This document shows, piece by piece, positions 46,392 to 55,825 of a stretch of 64,000 nt of DNA. Numbering within the stretch: position 1 is the first letter of the stretch; each line of letters opens with the position of its first letter. Source of the DNA: an uncultured Phycisphaerales bacterium (GTDB taxonomy: Bacteria > Planctomycetota > Phycisphaerae > Tepidisphaerales > Tepidisphaeraceae); contig CAVWLP010000002.1 of NCBI GenBank assembly GCA_963755915.1, positions 192,001 to 256,000 on the forward strand, read 5' to 3'. Made by a program: the position numbers and the translations under genes. A model generated the notes under the pieces. It made no database searches. It had not been told where the DNA came from and was given only the letters and a program-made list of their open reading frames with translations.

Positions 46392-47099
46392 TCAGCCAAG
46401 AAAATCGTCCGACGTGTGGTCTACCAGGTCTTCACGGCGGTGCCGTTTCGTGAAATTCAGTTTTTCGATCCATGAAATCCACTCATGGATCCCATCCCCA
46501 GTACTCGCGGAAAGTGCATGAATTTCAGTGGAGGGATTAATTGATCGAACGTCTTTGCGGAAGACATTGCTGTCGAAATTCACGAGGGATTGCAAATCAG
46601 TCTTGGTCAGCAGCACCGCGGAGGAGGCTACAAGAAGCTTGTGATATTCTGCGGCCTTGTCGTCTCCACCGCTCACCGCAAAGACCGCTACAGTCGCGTC
46701 CTGCCCCAAATCCTGAAGCGGCGCCAGCCCACCGGCGGTTTCGATCAATACAGTATCGAACTTGTGCAAATCCAGTTTTGTCACGATGGGCCAGATCAAA
46801 CTCGCTTTCGGTATCGCGCCCTCGATGGCGGTAACAAAGCCGCACAAATCTCGTAATCGCTGCACGTCCCTGGCCGGTGCTGGATTGACCACCACCACCG
46901 CAACGCGCCGCGGCGCTGACAGCCGTCTTAGGGTCTGCACAATCAACTCGGTTTTGCCCGATCCGGGAGGTCCGACAATTCGAAGGCCCACAGCGCTCGC
47001 GCAACTTAATGCCTGTCGAATTAAGGCGCCGGCGGGAAGATGATGGATCCGCGGCAAATCGGCGTTTGGGTTACGGGCATCTTCATGAGACTGTGTCAT
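46392..47099 (-). CDS. HypB-like G3E GTPase, atypical (paralogue 2)
   Basis: P-loop GPPGSGKT, 'GGDDKAAEY', TKTD, 'LSASTGDGIHEW'. The CH and C metal ligands are absent. Confidence 0.75.
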   Translation of the reverse strand: MTQSHEDARNPNADLPRIHHLPAGALIRQALSCASAVGLRIVGPPGSGKTELIVQTLRRLSAPRRVAVVVVNPAPARDVQRLRDLCGFVTAIEGAIPKASLIWPIVTKLDLHKFDTVLIETAGGLAPLQDLGQDATVAVFAVSGGDDKAAEYHKLLVASSAVLLTKTDLQSLVNFDSNVFRKDVRSINPSTEIHALSASTGDGIHEWISWIEKLNFTKRHRREDLVDHTSDDFLG

Positions 47100-47827
47100 A
47101 AGGCACTCTTCGTGGTTGAGCCATCGGTGGATCGCGACCAGCTCACGACGGGATGGAGTATTCGATCAGCGCGGCAGCGGGCGCAATTCGCCAGCCGATG
47201 CGCCTCCATCCATTCGAGCCAGTCTTTTATGCCTTCCCCGGAATGAACCGAAACACAAAGGATTGAGAGGTTCGAGTTAATTCGTTTGATGTCAAGGGCA
47301 AAAGCTTGCAAATCAAAGGTGACGAACGGCAATAGGTCGATCTTTGTCAACAGGATCAAATCAGAGTGGCTAACTAGAATGGGAAAATCATTCGCTTTAT
47401 CGTCGCCGCCGGCAGCGCTGAAAACAGCGACTCTGAGATGCTCACCGAGGTTAAATTCTCCAGAATCGATCGAATTGCCATCGGCCTCGATCAGCAGAAA
47501 ATCGAGGCCGGAGAGGTCGACCCTGGGCAATGCATCACGAATACCTAGCGCATTGGCACGGTTCGTATTGATCGCCACGGCAGGATAGCCATACCGACAA
47601 ATCTTAGCGATGTGCCGGTCTGCCGCAGCGTCGCACATCATCACTGCGATACGCAGTGGCGGTGCAAGACGCAGCATCAACTCTTCAATGACCGAAGTTT
47701 TCCCCGATCCAGCCGGACCGATTATCGAAATCACCGTGACGCCCGCCGCATCGAAAGCTTCACGATTGGCGCGCGCGGCCTGTTGCTCAGCCAGCTCGGA
47801 TCGATCGGGGATTTTCTGTGAGTTCAT
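47096..47827 (-). CDS. HypB-like G3E GTPase, atypical (paralogue 1)
   Basis: 'AARANREAF', GPAGSGKT, 'FNLGEHLRV', 'GGDDK', 'TKIDLLPFVTFD'. The CH and C metal ligands are absent. Confidence 0.8.
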   Translation of the reverse strand: MNSQKIPDRSELAEQQAARANREAFDAAGVTVISIIGPAGSGKTSVIEELMLRLAPPLRIAVMMCDAAADRHIAKICRYGYPAVAINTNRANALGIRDALPRVDLSGLDFLLIEADGNSIDSGEFNLGEHLRVAVFSAAGGDDKANDFPILVSHSDLILLTKIDLLPFVTFDLQAFALDIKRINSNLSILCVSVHSGEGIKDWLEWMEAHRLANCARCRADRILHPVVSWSRSTDGSTTKSAL

Positions 47828-47830
47828 GGC

Positions 47831-48106
47831 CTAGCCCCCTTTTTTCGCTGATGGCGGCTCTGAGAGGGCATTGTCGCCGGTCGTTGAGTGATCGGACGTG
47901 TGGCTCGCGCAATTCCTCCAAAAGATCAATTCGCAAGCGATTAACGCACCGACGGGTAGCATTGGTAGAAGAAGCTCCGGATTGTTCTTCACGACGATGA
48001 GGCCGACCAAGAGTGCTGCAACAGTAATTGTTCGACGAAGATAAGCCTCAATTCGAGACCACAGCGATGGCCTGGGCCCGGCGGCGCCTTGGTGCAACGA
48101 ATGCAT
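47831..48106 (-). CDS. Small 2-TM hypothetical protein
   Basis: Two hydrophobic helices; ends 3 bp before the HypB-like gene and contains its RBS. Confidence 0.5.
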   Translation of the reverse strand: MHSLHQGAAGPRPSLWSRIEAYLRRTITVAALLVGLIVVKNNPELLLPMLPVGALIACELIFWRNCASHTSDHSTTGDNALSEPPSAKKGG

Positions 48107-48286
48107 CACAAACGGGCCTCGGCGTCGCAGCAACTGCGAAATTCCGCGTGCGTGTCCAAAGGCGCCCCGCCGCCAACGCGGGCGCGGAGGGCGGGGTGAG
48201 ACGGTTCGGGCGCTTCGCAAGACCCGCCGAACGGGAATAATCTCGCCAGATAAATTGAGTATTCTTCGCATAAAACACCTTCGGGT

Positions 48287-48451
48287 TTACAAGCGGCTGA
48301 CGAGCAACTCCTTCTGAAAGATGATTTCCTTGGGCAAATCTCCCGCCAGCTTCAGGAACAGCTCTTCCTGACCCAGGATTTCCGCTTTGAACGCTTCCAG
48401 ATCGACGCTCTGCACGATCTCAAAATCGGCATCGCTCAAATCCAACCCTTC
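48287..48451 (-). pseudogene. pckG: Probable C-terminal remnant of GTP-dependent PEP carboxykinase
   Basis: Manual translation: EGLDLSDADFEIVQSVDLEAFKAEILGQEELFLKLAGDLPKEIIFQKELLVSRL*. No start codon. Confidence 0.6.
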
Positions 48452-48456
48452 CGAAT

Positions 48457-49065
48457 TTACGCCAGTTGCCCGGGGTCGATGACAAGGCCTATCACTTTCC
48501 GCTTATCCAGCTTCTTCAGCTCCTCCGGAATGTGTACATGCATCGCCAGCGAAATGTTCGCCACGCGAAATCCCTGCATGGTAAGCAGCATGCTGGTGGG
48601 CGTCTTCCCCGTTCGGGAAACGCCCACCAGCACCGCATCTGCCTCCGCAACAGATTCCAATCCAAGGCCGTCATCGTGTTCCAGCGCAAAGGTCATTGCA
48701 TTGATGCGACCACAAGAGGCGCCGTCCACCCGATGCAGCCGCTGATGATCCGACATCACCTCCACCCTTGCGGCTTCAGCCAGAAAATCCACCGCCGGGC
48801 CGGTCAAATCCCAACATGGGATATTTTCCTTCTGGCACCGCGCGGTGATCTGCTTTTTCAGATCTCTCGAAACCACCGCGTGAAAAACAATTCCCGGCCG
48901 GGTGGAAACAGCGTCAAGGGAGGGAGCAAGGCGTTTGGGCTCATTGACGAAGGGCTTCGTCAACACCTCAAAAATCCCAGCCGGGAATTGCGTGAGGAAG
49001 CTCGTCACCATGTGCCGCGCAAGATTTCCCGTCGAATCCGAAAGGATATAAAGCGGGATCGGCAT
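48457..49065 (-). pseudogene. ppsR: PEP synthase/PPDK regulatory kinase-pyrophosphorylase (DUF299), 3'-truncated
   Basis: 'ILSDSTG', 'INAMTFALEHDDG', 'LVGVSRTGKTPTS'. Stops at 'DPGQLA*IR' with no usual C-terminal part in any frame I could read. Confidence 0.75.
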
Positions 49066-49335
49066 GTCCGGCTCGTGTTTGACGCGCTTTCTCATCGGGG
49101 TAACCGTCTTCATGATGTTTCGCTCACATCCTTCGTATACGATTCAGCCGATACAGTTCGTGGCAGCCCCAGACCCCCATACGGGCAAGAACCGCCACTC
49201 CAACGACGGCTGCTAAAATCCCTAATGTCTTGAATATGGCGAACCTCCATCGTTAAACAACTGCACGCTGTGAACGGCATTCCTTCCCATCCACACCGTC
49301 CTGAGAATTATCGAATCGCCAGCAGCCGCCGAATA

Positions 49336-49375
49336 TCGGAGCGAACCCGCCTTTCTGCGTAGGGGAATTCCCCGA
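49336..49375. promoter_or_regulatory. Candidate regulator box pair in the ppsR/kinase divergent promoter
   Basis: TAGGGGAATTCCCCGA (49360-49375) and TCGGAGCGAACCCGCC (49336-49351). Confidence 0.7.
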
Positions 49376-49425
49376 CGAGTCCTCGCCGCCTTGATGTACA
49401 GATCGAATCGACTAAAACTTCCGCA

Positions 49426-51301
49426 ATGCCCCAAAAGCAAAGAGCGGCCCCGTCCGCCGGCGCAAGCGATTTCGCTTATTCATTTTATATTTCAAAAACG
49501 GGCAAGATTTCATGGGATTGGATTGCCGGGCCGTTTATGCAGATCACCGGTCATCCGTCCGACGCATTCCAAAAGGGGGGCTTGCAACCCTTCATCTATC
49601 CCAAGGACAAGCCACTACTCCACGGTCGCACCGCCGCTTTGCTCGCGGGTCAAGGGGATGTGCGCGAATATCGGCTCATCACGGCCGGTGGACATCTGAA
49701 GCGAGTCCGTGATTTTGCCCAGCCGCTGCGCAAGGAGCAGGGCGGCGATCTCGTGATATTCGCAGCCGTCCAGGACATCACTGCCGGGAAGCGCGTCGAA
49801 GGCGAGATGCGCCGCATCGCCTCGATCATTGAGAATTCCCAGGACGCCATCATCGACATCAATCTCGACGGCGTTATCGTCAACTGGAATCGCTCAGCCG
49901 AGCGGATTTATGGTTACTCCGCCCAGGAAGTTAAGGGGCGCACCATTTCCATGCTGGTTCCGGCCAATCAAATGAATGAGATCACGCGCATACTCGCGCG
50001 GGTGCGGCGGGATGGTTCCATGCCGCGCACGGAAACACAGCGTATCCGCAAGGATGGAACGACGATCTCCGTAGCGCTCACTGCGGGACCAGTCTATGAT
50101 GCCGCTGATCAGCTCGTGGGCGCATCGCTCATCAGTCGGGACATTTCGGAATTGAAACGAGCGGAATCCGCCCTCCAGGAAAGCGCAAGAAAAACCGAGG
50201 CCATCCTCGATACGATGGTCGATGGCGTCATCACAATAGATGAACGCGGGATCGTCGATTCCTTTAATGCCGCCGCGGAACGCTTATTTGGATACGTTCC
50301 TTCCGAAGTAATCGGACAAAACGTCAAAATGCTGATGCCCGAGCCATATCACGGCGAGCACGATCAATATCTCCTGAACTACCTTCGCACGGGAAGAGCG
50401 AAGATCATCGGCATCGGGCGCGAAGTCGTCGGCAAAAGGAAAAATGGTTCGATATTCCCCATGGACCTTGCCGTGAGCGAGGTATTTCTCGGCCCCAGAA
50501 GGCTTTTTACCGGAATCGTCCGCGATTTGACCGAACGCAAGCGCCTGGAACGCCAGATCCTGGAAATCAGCGATCGCGAACAGCAGCGCATCGGGCAGGA
50601 TTTGCACGATGGGCTGGGCCAGCAACTCGCGGGGATCGGATTCCTGAGCAAATCGCTGGAGCAGCGGCTAACCAAAAAATCCGCGCCCGAATCCGGCGAT
50701 GCGCGTGAAATCGCCGATCTCGTGTCGGATGCCATCGCCCAGGCGCGGGATGGCGCACGGGCTGAACCCCGTTGACATGTCGGCGACCGGGCTCATGTCA
50801 GCCCTGCGCGAACTTTGCAGCACGATCGAGCACACGTTCCGGATCAAATGTGAGCTGGCATGCGATGATCCCGTGCTTCTGGGTGATGGGGCCGTCGCAA
50901 CGCACCTGTATCGCATCGCCCAGGAGGCGGTGAACAACGCCATCAAGCACGGGCAGGCCAGAAGTATTGGTGTTGTCCTGAAGAGGGCGGGAGATACAAT
51001 TACAATATCAGTCCGGGATGACGGCGTTGGGTTTCCCGATGTGCTCCCGGAAAAAAAAGGAATGGGTCTGCAAACGATGCGCTATCGCGCTGCTTTGGTT
51101 GGTGCGACCCTTTCGTTTTTGCGGATTCCTTCGGGCGGGACACGTGTGGATTGCTCCGTGAAAGAGAGTGATTCGGCAGTCCCGGGCTATGTTTATGGCA
51201 AAACCTTCCTCAAAGTTTCCTCAAATGAATCAATCTCCAAAATTGGACCCAAAGCCGTCCGCAAAGACCGCTCCACGAAAAAACGTCTTCGTCATCGATG
51301 A
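49426..51301 (+). CDS. Triple-PAS sensor kinase with FixL-type heme-PAS and HisKA_3 core (frameshift near 50745)
   Basis: Third PAS 'GQNVKMLMPEPYHGEHDQY...IIGIGREVVG'; H-box 'IGQDLHDGLGQ'; 'RIAQEAVNNAIKH', 'DDGVG', 'GMGL'. Confidence 0.88.
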
Positions 51302-51917
51302 TCATCCGGTTCTGCGGCAAGGTCTCGCCCGCCTCATTAATGACCAGAGTGATCTGGTGATGTGCGGCGAAGCCGATTCGCCCGTCGAAGCGATGCGATT
51401 GCTTCCCTCGGCCGGCGCCGATGTGGTCATCGTCGATCTTACTCTGCGCGGCGGAGATGGGCTGGAACTGTGCAAGCAAATCCGCGATCGGTTTCCCAGG
51501 CTGCCGAGTCTCGTGGTTTCTATGCACGATGAGAGCCTTTACGCCGAACGCGCACTTAAGGCCGGCGCTTGCGGCTACGTGATGAAACAAGAGCCTCAGG
51601 AAACCGTCATCGCCGCCATTCGCAAAGTACTCAAAGGGGACGTTTATCTAAGCGAAAAAATGTCTGCCAAATTGCTCCGCAGCTTTTCCGGGCCAAAATC
51701 GGATACCGAATTGGCACCTCTGGACCGTCTAACGGACCGCGAACTCGAAATCTTTCGCCTCATAGGCGATGGGCAAAGCGTTCGCGTGATTGCCGAGAAA
51801 CTTTTCCTCAGTACAAAAACAGTCGAGGCGCATAAGGAACATATCAAGCAAAAGCTCAATTTGAACAGCAGCAATGAGCTTCTCCAATACGCCATTGAGG
51901 CCAGACCGCGAACATGA
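51225..51917 (+). CDS. NarL/LuxR-family response regulator
   Basis: 'VIDDHPVLRQG', 'IVDL', 'SMHDE', 'YVMK', HTH 'LTDRELEIF...LFLSTKTVEAHKEHIKQKL'. Start uncertain. Confidence 0.93.
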   Translation: MNQSPKLDPKPSAKTAPRKNVFVIDDHPVLRQGLARLINDQSDLVMCGEADSPVEAMRLLPSAGADVVIVDLTLRGGDGLELCKQIRDRFPRLPSLVVSMHDESLYAERALKAGACGYVMKQEPQETVIAAIRKVLKGDVYLSEKMSAKLLRSFSGPKSDTELAPLDRLTDRELEIFRLIGDGQSVRVIAEKLFLSTKTVEAHKEHIKQKLNLNSSNELLQYAIEARPRT

Positions 51918-51952
51918 ATGCTGCACCCAGTCTTCTGGCCACGCAGACGGCG

Positions 51953-51992
51953 TAGGAGAATCCGCCTAGTTTAGAAGCCGAATATCCCCCGA
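51953..51992. promoter_or_regulatory. Candidate regulator box pair upstream of small protein copy B
   Basis: TAGGAGAATCCGCCTA (51953-51968) and GCCGAATATCCCCCGA (51977-51992). Confidence 0.7.
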
Positions 51993-52044
51993 TTGATACG
52001 TTCCCTGCGTTGCCCCATACCTGGGGTAAACTGCAGGAGTCCCC

Positions 52045-52284
52045 ATGATTCTCCTCTACAAAAATGTCAGCTGCCCGAGCTGCAAATCACATCACGATCT
52101 TTGGAGCAACGAACGGATCTCGGGCATAAGGATCCGGGCGCACGATTTTATTTGTCCGTATACGGGCGAAAGAACGCATTGGCGGCCCGATGTATTCGCC
52201 CATTTAATCTCCGCTGCTCCCGCAAACGCGGTTTCGCTTCTGCCCCGCCTTGAAGACCAAATGGTATTGAGCAAGGAATCGTAA
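52045..52284 (+). CDS. Small Cys/His protein of unknown family (copy B)
   Basis: AGGAG RBS; paralogue of 35427..35657. Confidence 0.8.
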   Translation: MILLYKNVSCPSCKSHHDLWSNERISGIRIRAHDFICPYTGERTHWRPDVFAHLISAAPANAVSLLPRLEDQMVLSKES

Positions 52285-52444
52285 GGTGGGCATAATTGCA
52301 ATGAGAACCGTCGCACAGAAATAAAGCCCGATATCCTGGACCAGCCGGCGAGCATGCTCGCCGAGCTGCCGACGAATTTCCGCCGGGTGCCGACGCCTCT
52401 TTCTTTAGGGGCCATCCACTATTGGATCTGATACTTCAATTTGA

Positions 52445-52978
52445 TTAATCAGAACCTGCGTGATGAAGCATCGTGCAGCCGCATTGCATCTGATGCTGCT
52501 CAACTCCGGGATTCGAGTCTACGGCAATGTCTACAACCAACGGCCGCACCAGTCGGAAATAATCCGAAAACCGAATCATGAAAACGTCGGTGTGCGTGCC
52601 GGCATTGAAGGCGATATGCCCTTCATTCATCAAGTGGTGATCGAGAAATGTTTTCATCCCGAAGAGGTTACCAAAGGGCGGCGCCGCGCCTTTCTGACAG
52701 CCCTCGAATTGATCCCGGAATTCCGATTCTTCCGCCAACCGGACCACGCGGGCGCCGGATTGAACTTTGAGTTTGTTTAGATCGAGCCGGACTGTCGCGG
52801 GAACAACCGCGATAGCCAATCGCCCGTCCATCCACACGACTACTGATTTGGCCATATACTTTCCGGGCACATTTGAGGCCTGGGCGACCTCCTGAGTTGT
52901 AAAAACGCGTGGATGGTTGATCGTGCCGAAGGAAACTCCTCCGCCGCCAAGAAACTCTCGAATTCTGCGGGTAGCCAT
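52445..52978 (-). CDS. YbaK/EbsC (tRNA-editing fold) family protein
   Basis: 'HPRVFTTQEVA', 'MAKSVVV', 'LAEESEF', 'GAAPPFGNLFG', 'FNAGTH'. Confidence 0.85.
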   Translation of the reverse strand: MATRRIREFLGGGGVSFGTINHPRVFTTQEVAQASNVPGKYMAKSVVVWMDGRLAIAVVPATVRLDLNKLKVQSGARVVRLAEESEFRDQFEGCQKGAAPPFGNLFGMKTFLDHHLMNEGHIAFNAGTHTDVFMIRFSDYFRLVRPLVVDIAVDSNPGVEQHQMQCGCTMLHHAGSD

Positions 52979-52996
52979 GGTGTCTCCTGTTTGAGC

Positions 52997-53956
52997 CTAG
53001 TTTGATTGAACGAAGGATGAGGTTTGATTTTTTGGTCGAATTACTTCCACCGAACAACGAGCGGCGGTCGCAACCGTCATCGAAAGACGGCGCGGGATAA
53101 ATAGATCGCCATCCAATATCTCAGCGCCAAGGAAGATGGAATCTGCGCCCCACTTCTCGGCTTCATCGAGCAGTATCTGGCTGGGTTCACCAGAATATAT
53201 TTGCGGGACAGCTTGCAGACCTGCTTGATTCAATTCATGTACCGCCTTGTGAAGTATTTCGGACAACTCGGCACGCCATTTTTCCTCAATCGACGAGGGT
53301 AGCGCTTCTTCCGTTACACAAAACGGACTGGCGTCAATCTGTCGGCAATCCATTACGCCGACGACACGGGCTTCTGTGCCCGAGGGCCAGGTTCTCGCAC
53401 TAACCGCATGCACTGCGTTCCAAGCGGCAGTTGAGATATTCATGCCGATTAACAGACGGATCGGTCGTTCCTGAGAATGGAGGTGATGTCTGCCAATTCG
53501 CACCGAGCAATTTACCCCACCAAGTACATTGTGCGATACACTGCCTTGCATAATCCGGCCAAGCAGAGAACGCCCATGCGATCCCACTACGATCAGGTCC
53601 GGACTCCAGGCGTGTACTTTTCGCATGATCGCTGGTCCGGCTTCGTCAACCCAACACTCCGTCTTAATGCGCCACCCCGGAAAATCTGCGTGTAATCGAT
53701 CAGCCGCTTGAGCGGCGAACGCCTCAGCCTCATGAAGTTGTCGGCTACTGCGCTCATCTATTACCGCATCGTCTGCGCCGGGCCCGTGTAAACCTCCGGA
53801 CGTGACCGCTAGCGACGCTTGAACAAAATGTCTCGCCCCTTCGTCTGCCACTGTCAGGACCGCCACGTCAGCATCCGCAGGCAATCCCGCCCTTCGTAAG
53901 TCGACAATCGCGGCATCGGAACACTCTGAGCCATCATATGCGATGAGAATTTTCAT
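52997..53956 (-). CDS. Tandem universal stress protein
   Basis: 'KILIAYDGSE', 'LIVVGSHGR...GSVS', second domain 'RLLIG...ARCSVEV'. Confidence 0.88.
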   Translation of the reverse strand: MKILIAYDGSECSDAAIVDLRRAGLPADADVAVLTVADEGARHFVQASLAVTSGGLHGPGADDAVIDERSSRQLHEAEAFAAQAADRLHADFPGWRIKTECWVDEAGPAIMRKVHAWSPDLIVVGSHGRSLLGRIMQGSVSHNVLGGVNCSVRIGRHHLHSQERPIRLLIGMNISTAAWNAVHAVSARTWPSGTEARVVGVMDCRQIDASPFCVTEEALPSSIEEKWRAELSEILHKAVHELNQAGLQAVPQIYSGEPSQILLDEAEKWGADSIFLGAEILDGDLFIPRRLSMTVATAARCSVEVIRPKNQTSSFVQSN

Positions 53957-54718
53957 AATGGTCCTCCATTAGAAAAAAGATTCTGCTCCCGTTCACGCTC
54001 ATTGATCAGTGGAATGACGCAACTTACCATTTCATCAATAGTCAGATCAGCCGCATTCAGTGTCATCGTGAATCCTTCTGGCGAGATCACTTTTCCTGGC
54101 CAAAAGCGACGAAACAATTCGTTGCGCCTTTTTTCAGTTTCGGCAATTTGAGCGGCTGCTTCATTAAGGCCAATCCGCCCGCGCTCCGCTACATACTTGA
54201 TTCGATGCTCCAAGGAAGCGACGAGGCGAAGATGAATGCCCCCTGAAATTCCCGCAGTGATGAAGTTCCCGCCTTGGCCAACGATAATCGCATGACCAAT
54301 CGCGGCAAGGCCGTGAATTACCAAGACCACTTGTTTATGCGCGGGATTCCAGCAATTCAGGTGGACTTGCATTTGCGGAGAGGCCGTCTAGAAACTTGAC
54401 AAACCAATTGTGAGAATGTTCTGGAATCGATTCGATGACATCTGTTGATATTCCTGACTCCTGCGAAACTTTTTCAATTAATTCGCGATCCCAGGCACGC
54501 CAGTCTTCCTGGCCTTCCGAACGCAATCGCTCGGCCAATCGATGTGAAAAGGAAATCGCCCCCGCGCCTGGCTGCCTGCTGACCGTAACGAACGCTCGCG
54601 TCGGGCGCATGATCGCCGATGCTGACGGCTCAAAATTCCACGTCTGAACGGCGGCTTTCAGAGCCCTTTCGGCTGCCTCGAGTCCCGGCTGCGCTGAATG
54701 ACCAAATCCCGATGCCAT
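53953..54718 (-). CDS. Cytidylate-kinase-like family protein (frameshift near 54360)
   Basis: 'FVTVSRQPGAGA', 'WDRELIE', 'AIIVGQGG', 'LRLVASLEHR'. Confidence 0.75.
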
Positions 54719-54775
54719 GGCTGCCTCACTGGTATTCACCTGTTCTATTTTTGGCAAAGATCGAAGGCGAAAACA

Positions 54776-54815
54776 TCGGAGTGTTGCCGGTTATTCGTGT
54801 AGGAAGATTTACCGA
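54776..54815. promoter_or_regulatory. Candidate regulator box pair upstream of the CMK-like/USP/YbaK operon
   Basis: TAGGAAGATTTACCGA (54800-54815) and TCGGAGTGTTGCCGGT (54776-54791). Confidence 0.65.
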
Positions 54816-54885
54816 TATTTAGCGGAAATCGACGGAGTGAGAACGCTATCGCGCGAGTAGTAAACTGACGCTCGAAACATGCCAA

Positions 54886-55300
54886 TCAGATCGCGATTCG
54901 TTCGATTTCATCGAGTGAAAGCGAGTCACCAGTCCGGTCGTATAATTTGGTAGTCCGCGACGATTCATGGGCTGCGATTGCCTGAGCATTTTCAATTGTT
55001 CCGCCATTATCCATGTGTGCTGGTATTCCAGTGGCCCGGAAGGTGTGACACCAGATTCGATCCATGCCGATACCACACGCCAAAGCTCGCCCCTTTATCA
55101 TACACAAGACATCCGTTCGCGATATCGCCTTCGAGCTAATTGCCTTTGCCTTGCCGATAGCCGACCGAAAGAGCGGTGTTTTTTTTCACATGCAATTTGG
55201 GCCGAGGTAATACAGGCTTCCAAATATTCCGCCGCATTGTGATGAGCCGGTACTTCATGGAATTTGCCACCTTTTTCATGCAAACGAATCCATGAGCGTT
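54886..55300 (-). pseudogene. Tyrosine recombinase/integrase C-terminal remnant
   Basis: 'WIRLHEKGGKFHEVP', 'CHTFRATG', 'AAHESSRTTKLYDR'. N-terminus missing, frameshifted. Confidence 0.8.
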
Positions 55301-55384
55301 TGCAGAACGGATTGCAGCGCGCTGCAAAAAGCGATGCAATTTCATCCAGCGAGTACGCGCAGTTGGCGCAGGTGGAAAGCAAAG

Positions 55385-55413
55385 AACCGCATTTTCCCGC
55401 AGAAAATGCGGTT
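55385..55413 (-). terminator. Hairpin terminator after tRNA-Leu
   Basis: 12-bp stem AACCGCATTTTC/GAAAATGCGGTT followed by a short T-run on the minus strand. Confidence 0.55.
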
Positions 55414-55439
55414 AACGCGGTTCCTCAGGGATCTTCATT

Positions 55440-55521
55440 TGCCCAGGACAGGATTTGAACCTGCACGGGTTGCCCCGCTACCACCTCAAAGTAGTGCGTC
55501 TGCCAATTTCGCCACCTGGGC
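55440..55521 (-). tRNA. tRNA-Leu (anticodon GAG), CCA not encoded
   Basis: GCCCAGG acceptor stem, D-loop, anticodon arm CTACT-TTGAGGT-GGTAG, long variable arm, GGTTCAAATCC T-loop. Confidence 0.95.
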
Positions 55522-55825
55522 GTGGTTTGAGTCAGTATATGCGCCGCCCTCCGGGTGTCGAGTCGCGGGCGCCCCGCAACCCTCCCCCGCCATCCCGCCC
55601 ATTTTCACATAAGTTAGCACACACTAATAACAATCTCGAAAGTGTCAGATTCTGTCAGATCGCACTTATAAAACGCCCCCGCACCCCCCCCTGCAACCCC
55701 TTGTTCCGGCCCCCTTATTCCGGTCTAAATAGCCGTCCGCAATTCGGATACATTCCTCCCCCCGGTTTAGCGGCCCCGCTTGCGGGGCGTCCTTTGTACA
55801 ATGTCCTCCAATCACGGACCCTTAT

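Noticed and set aside
55440-55465. att duplication of the tRNA-Leu 3' end marking the far island border
   Set aside because: No second copy seen by eye in the window; needs a computed search.
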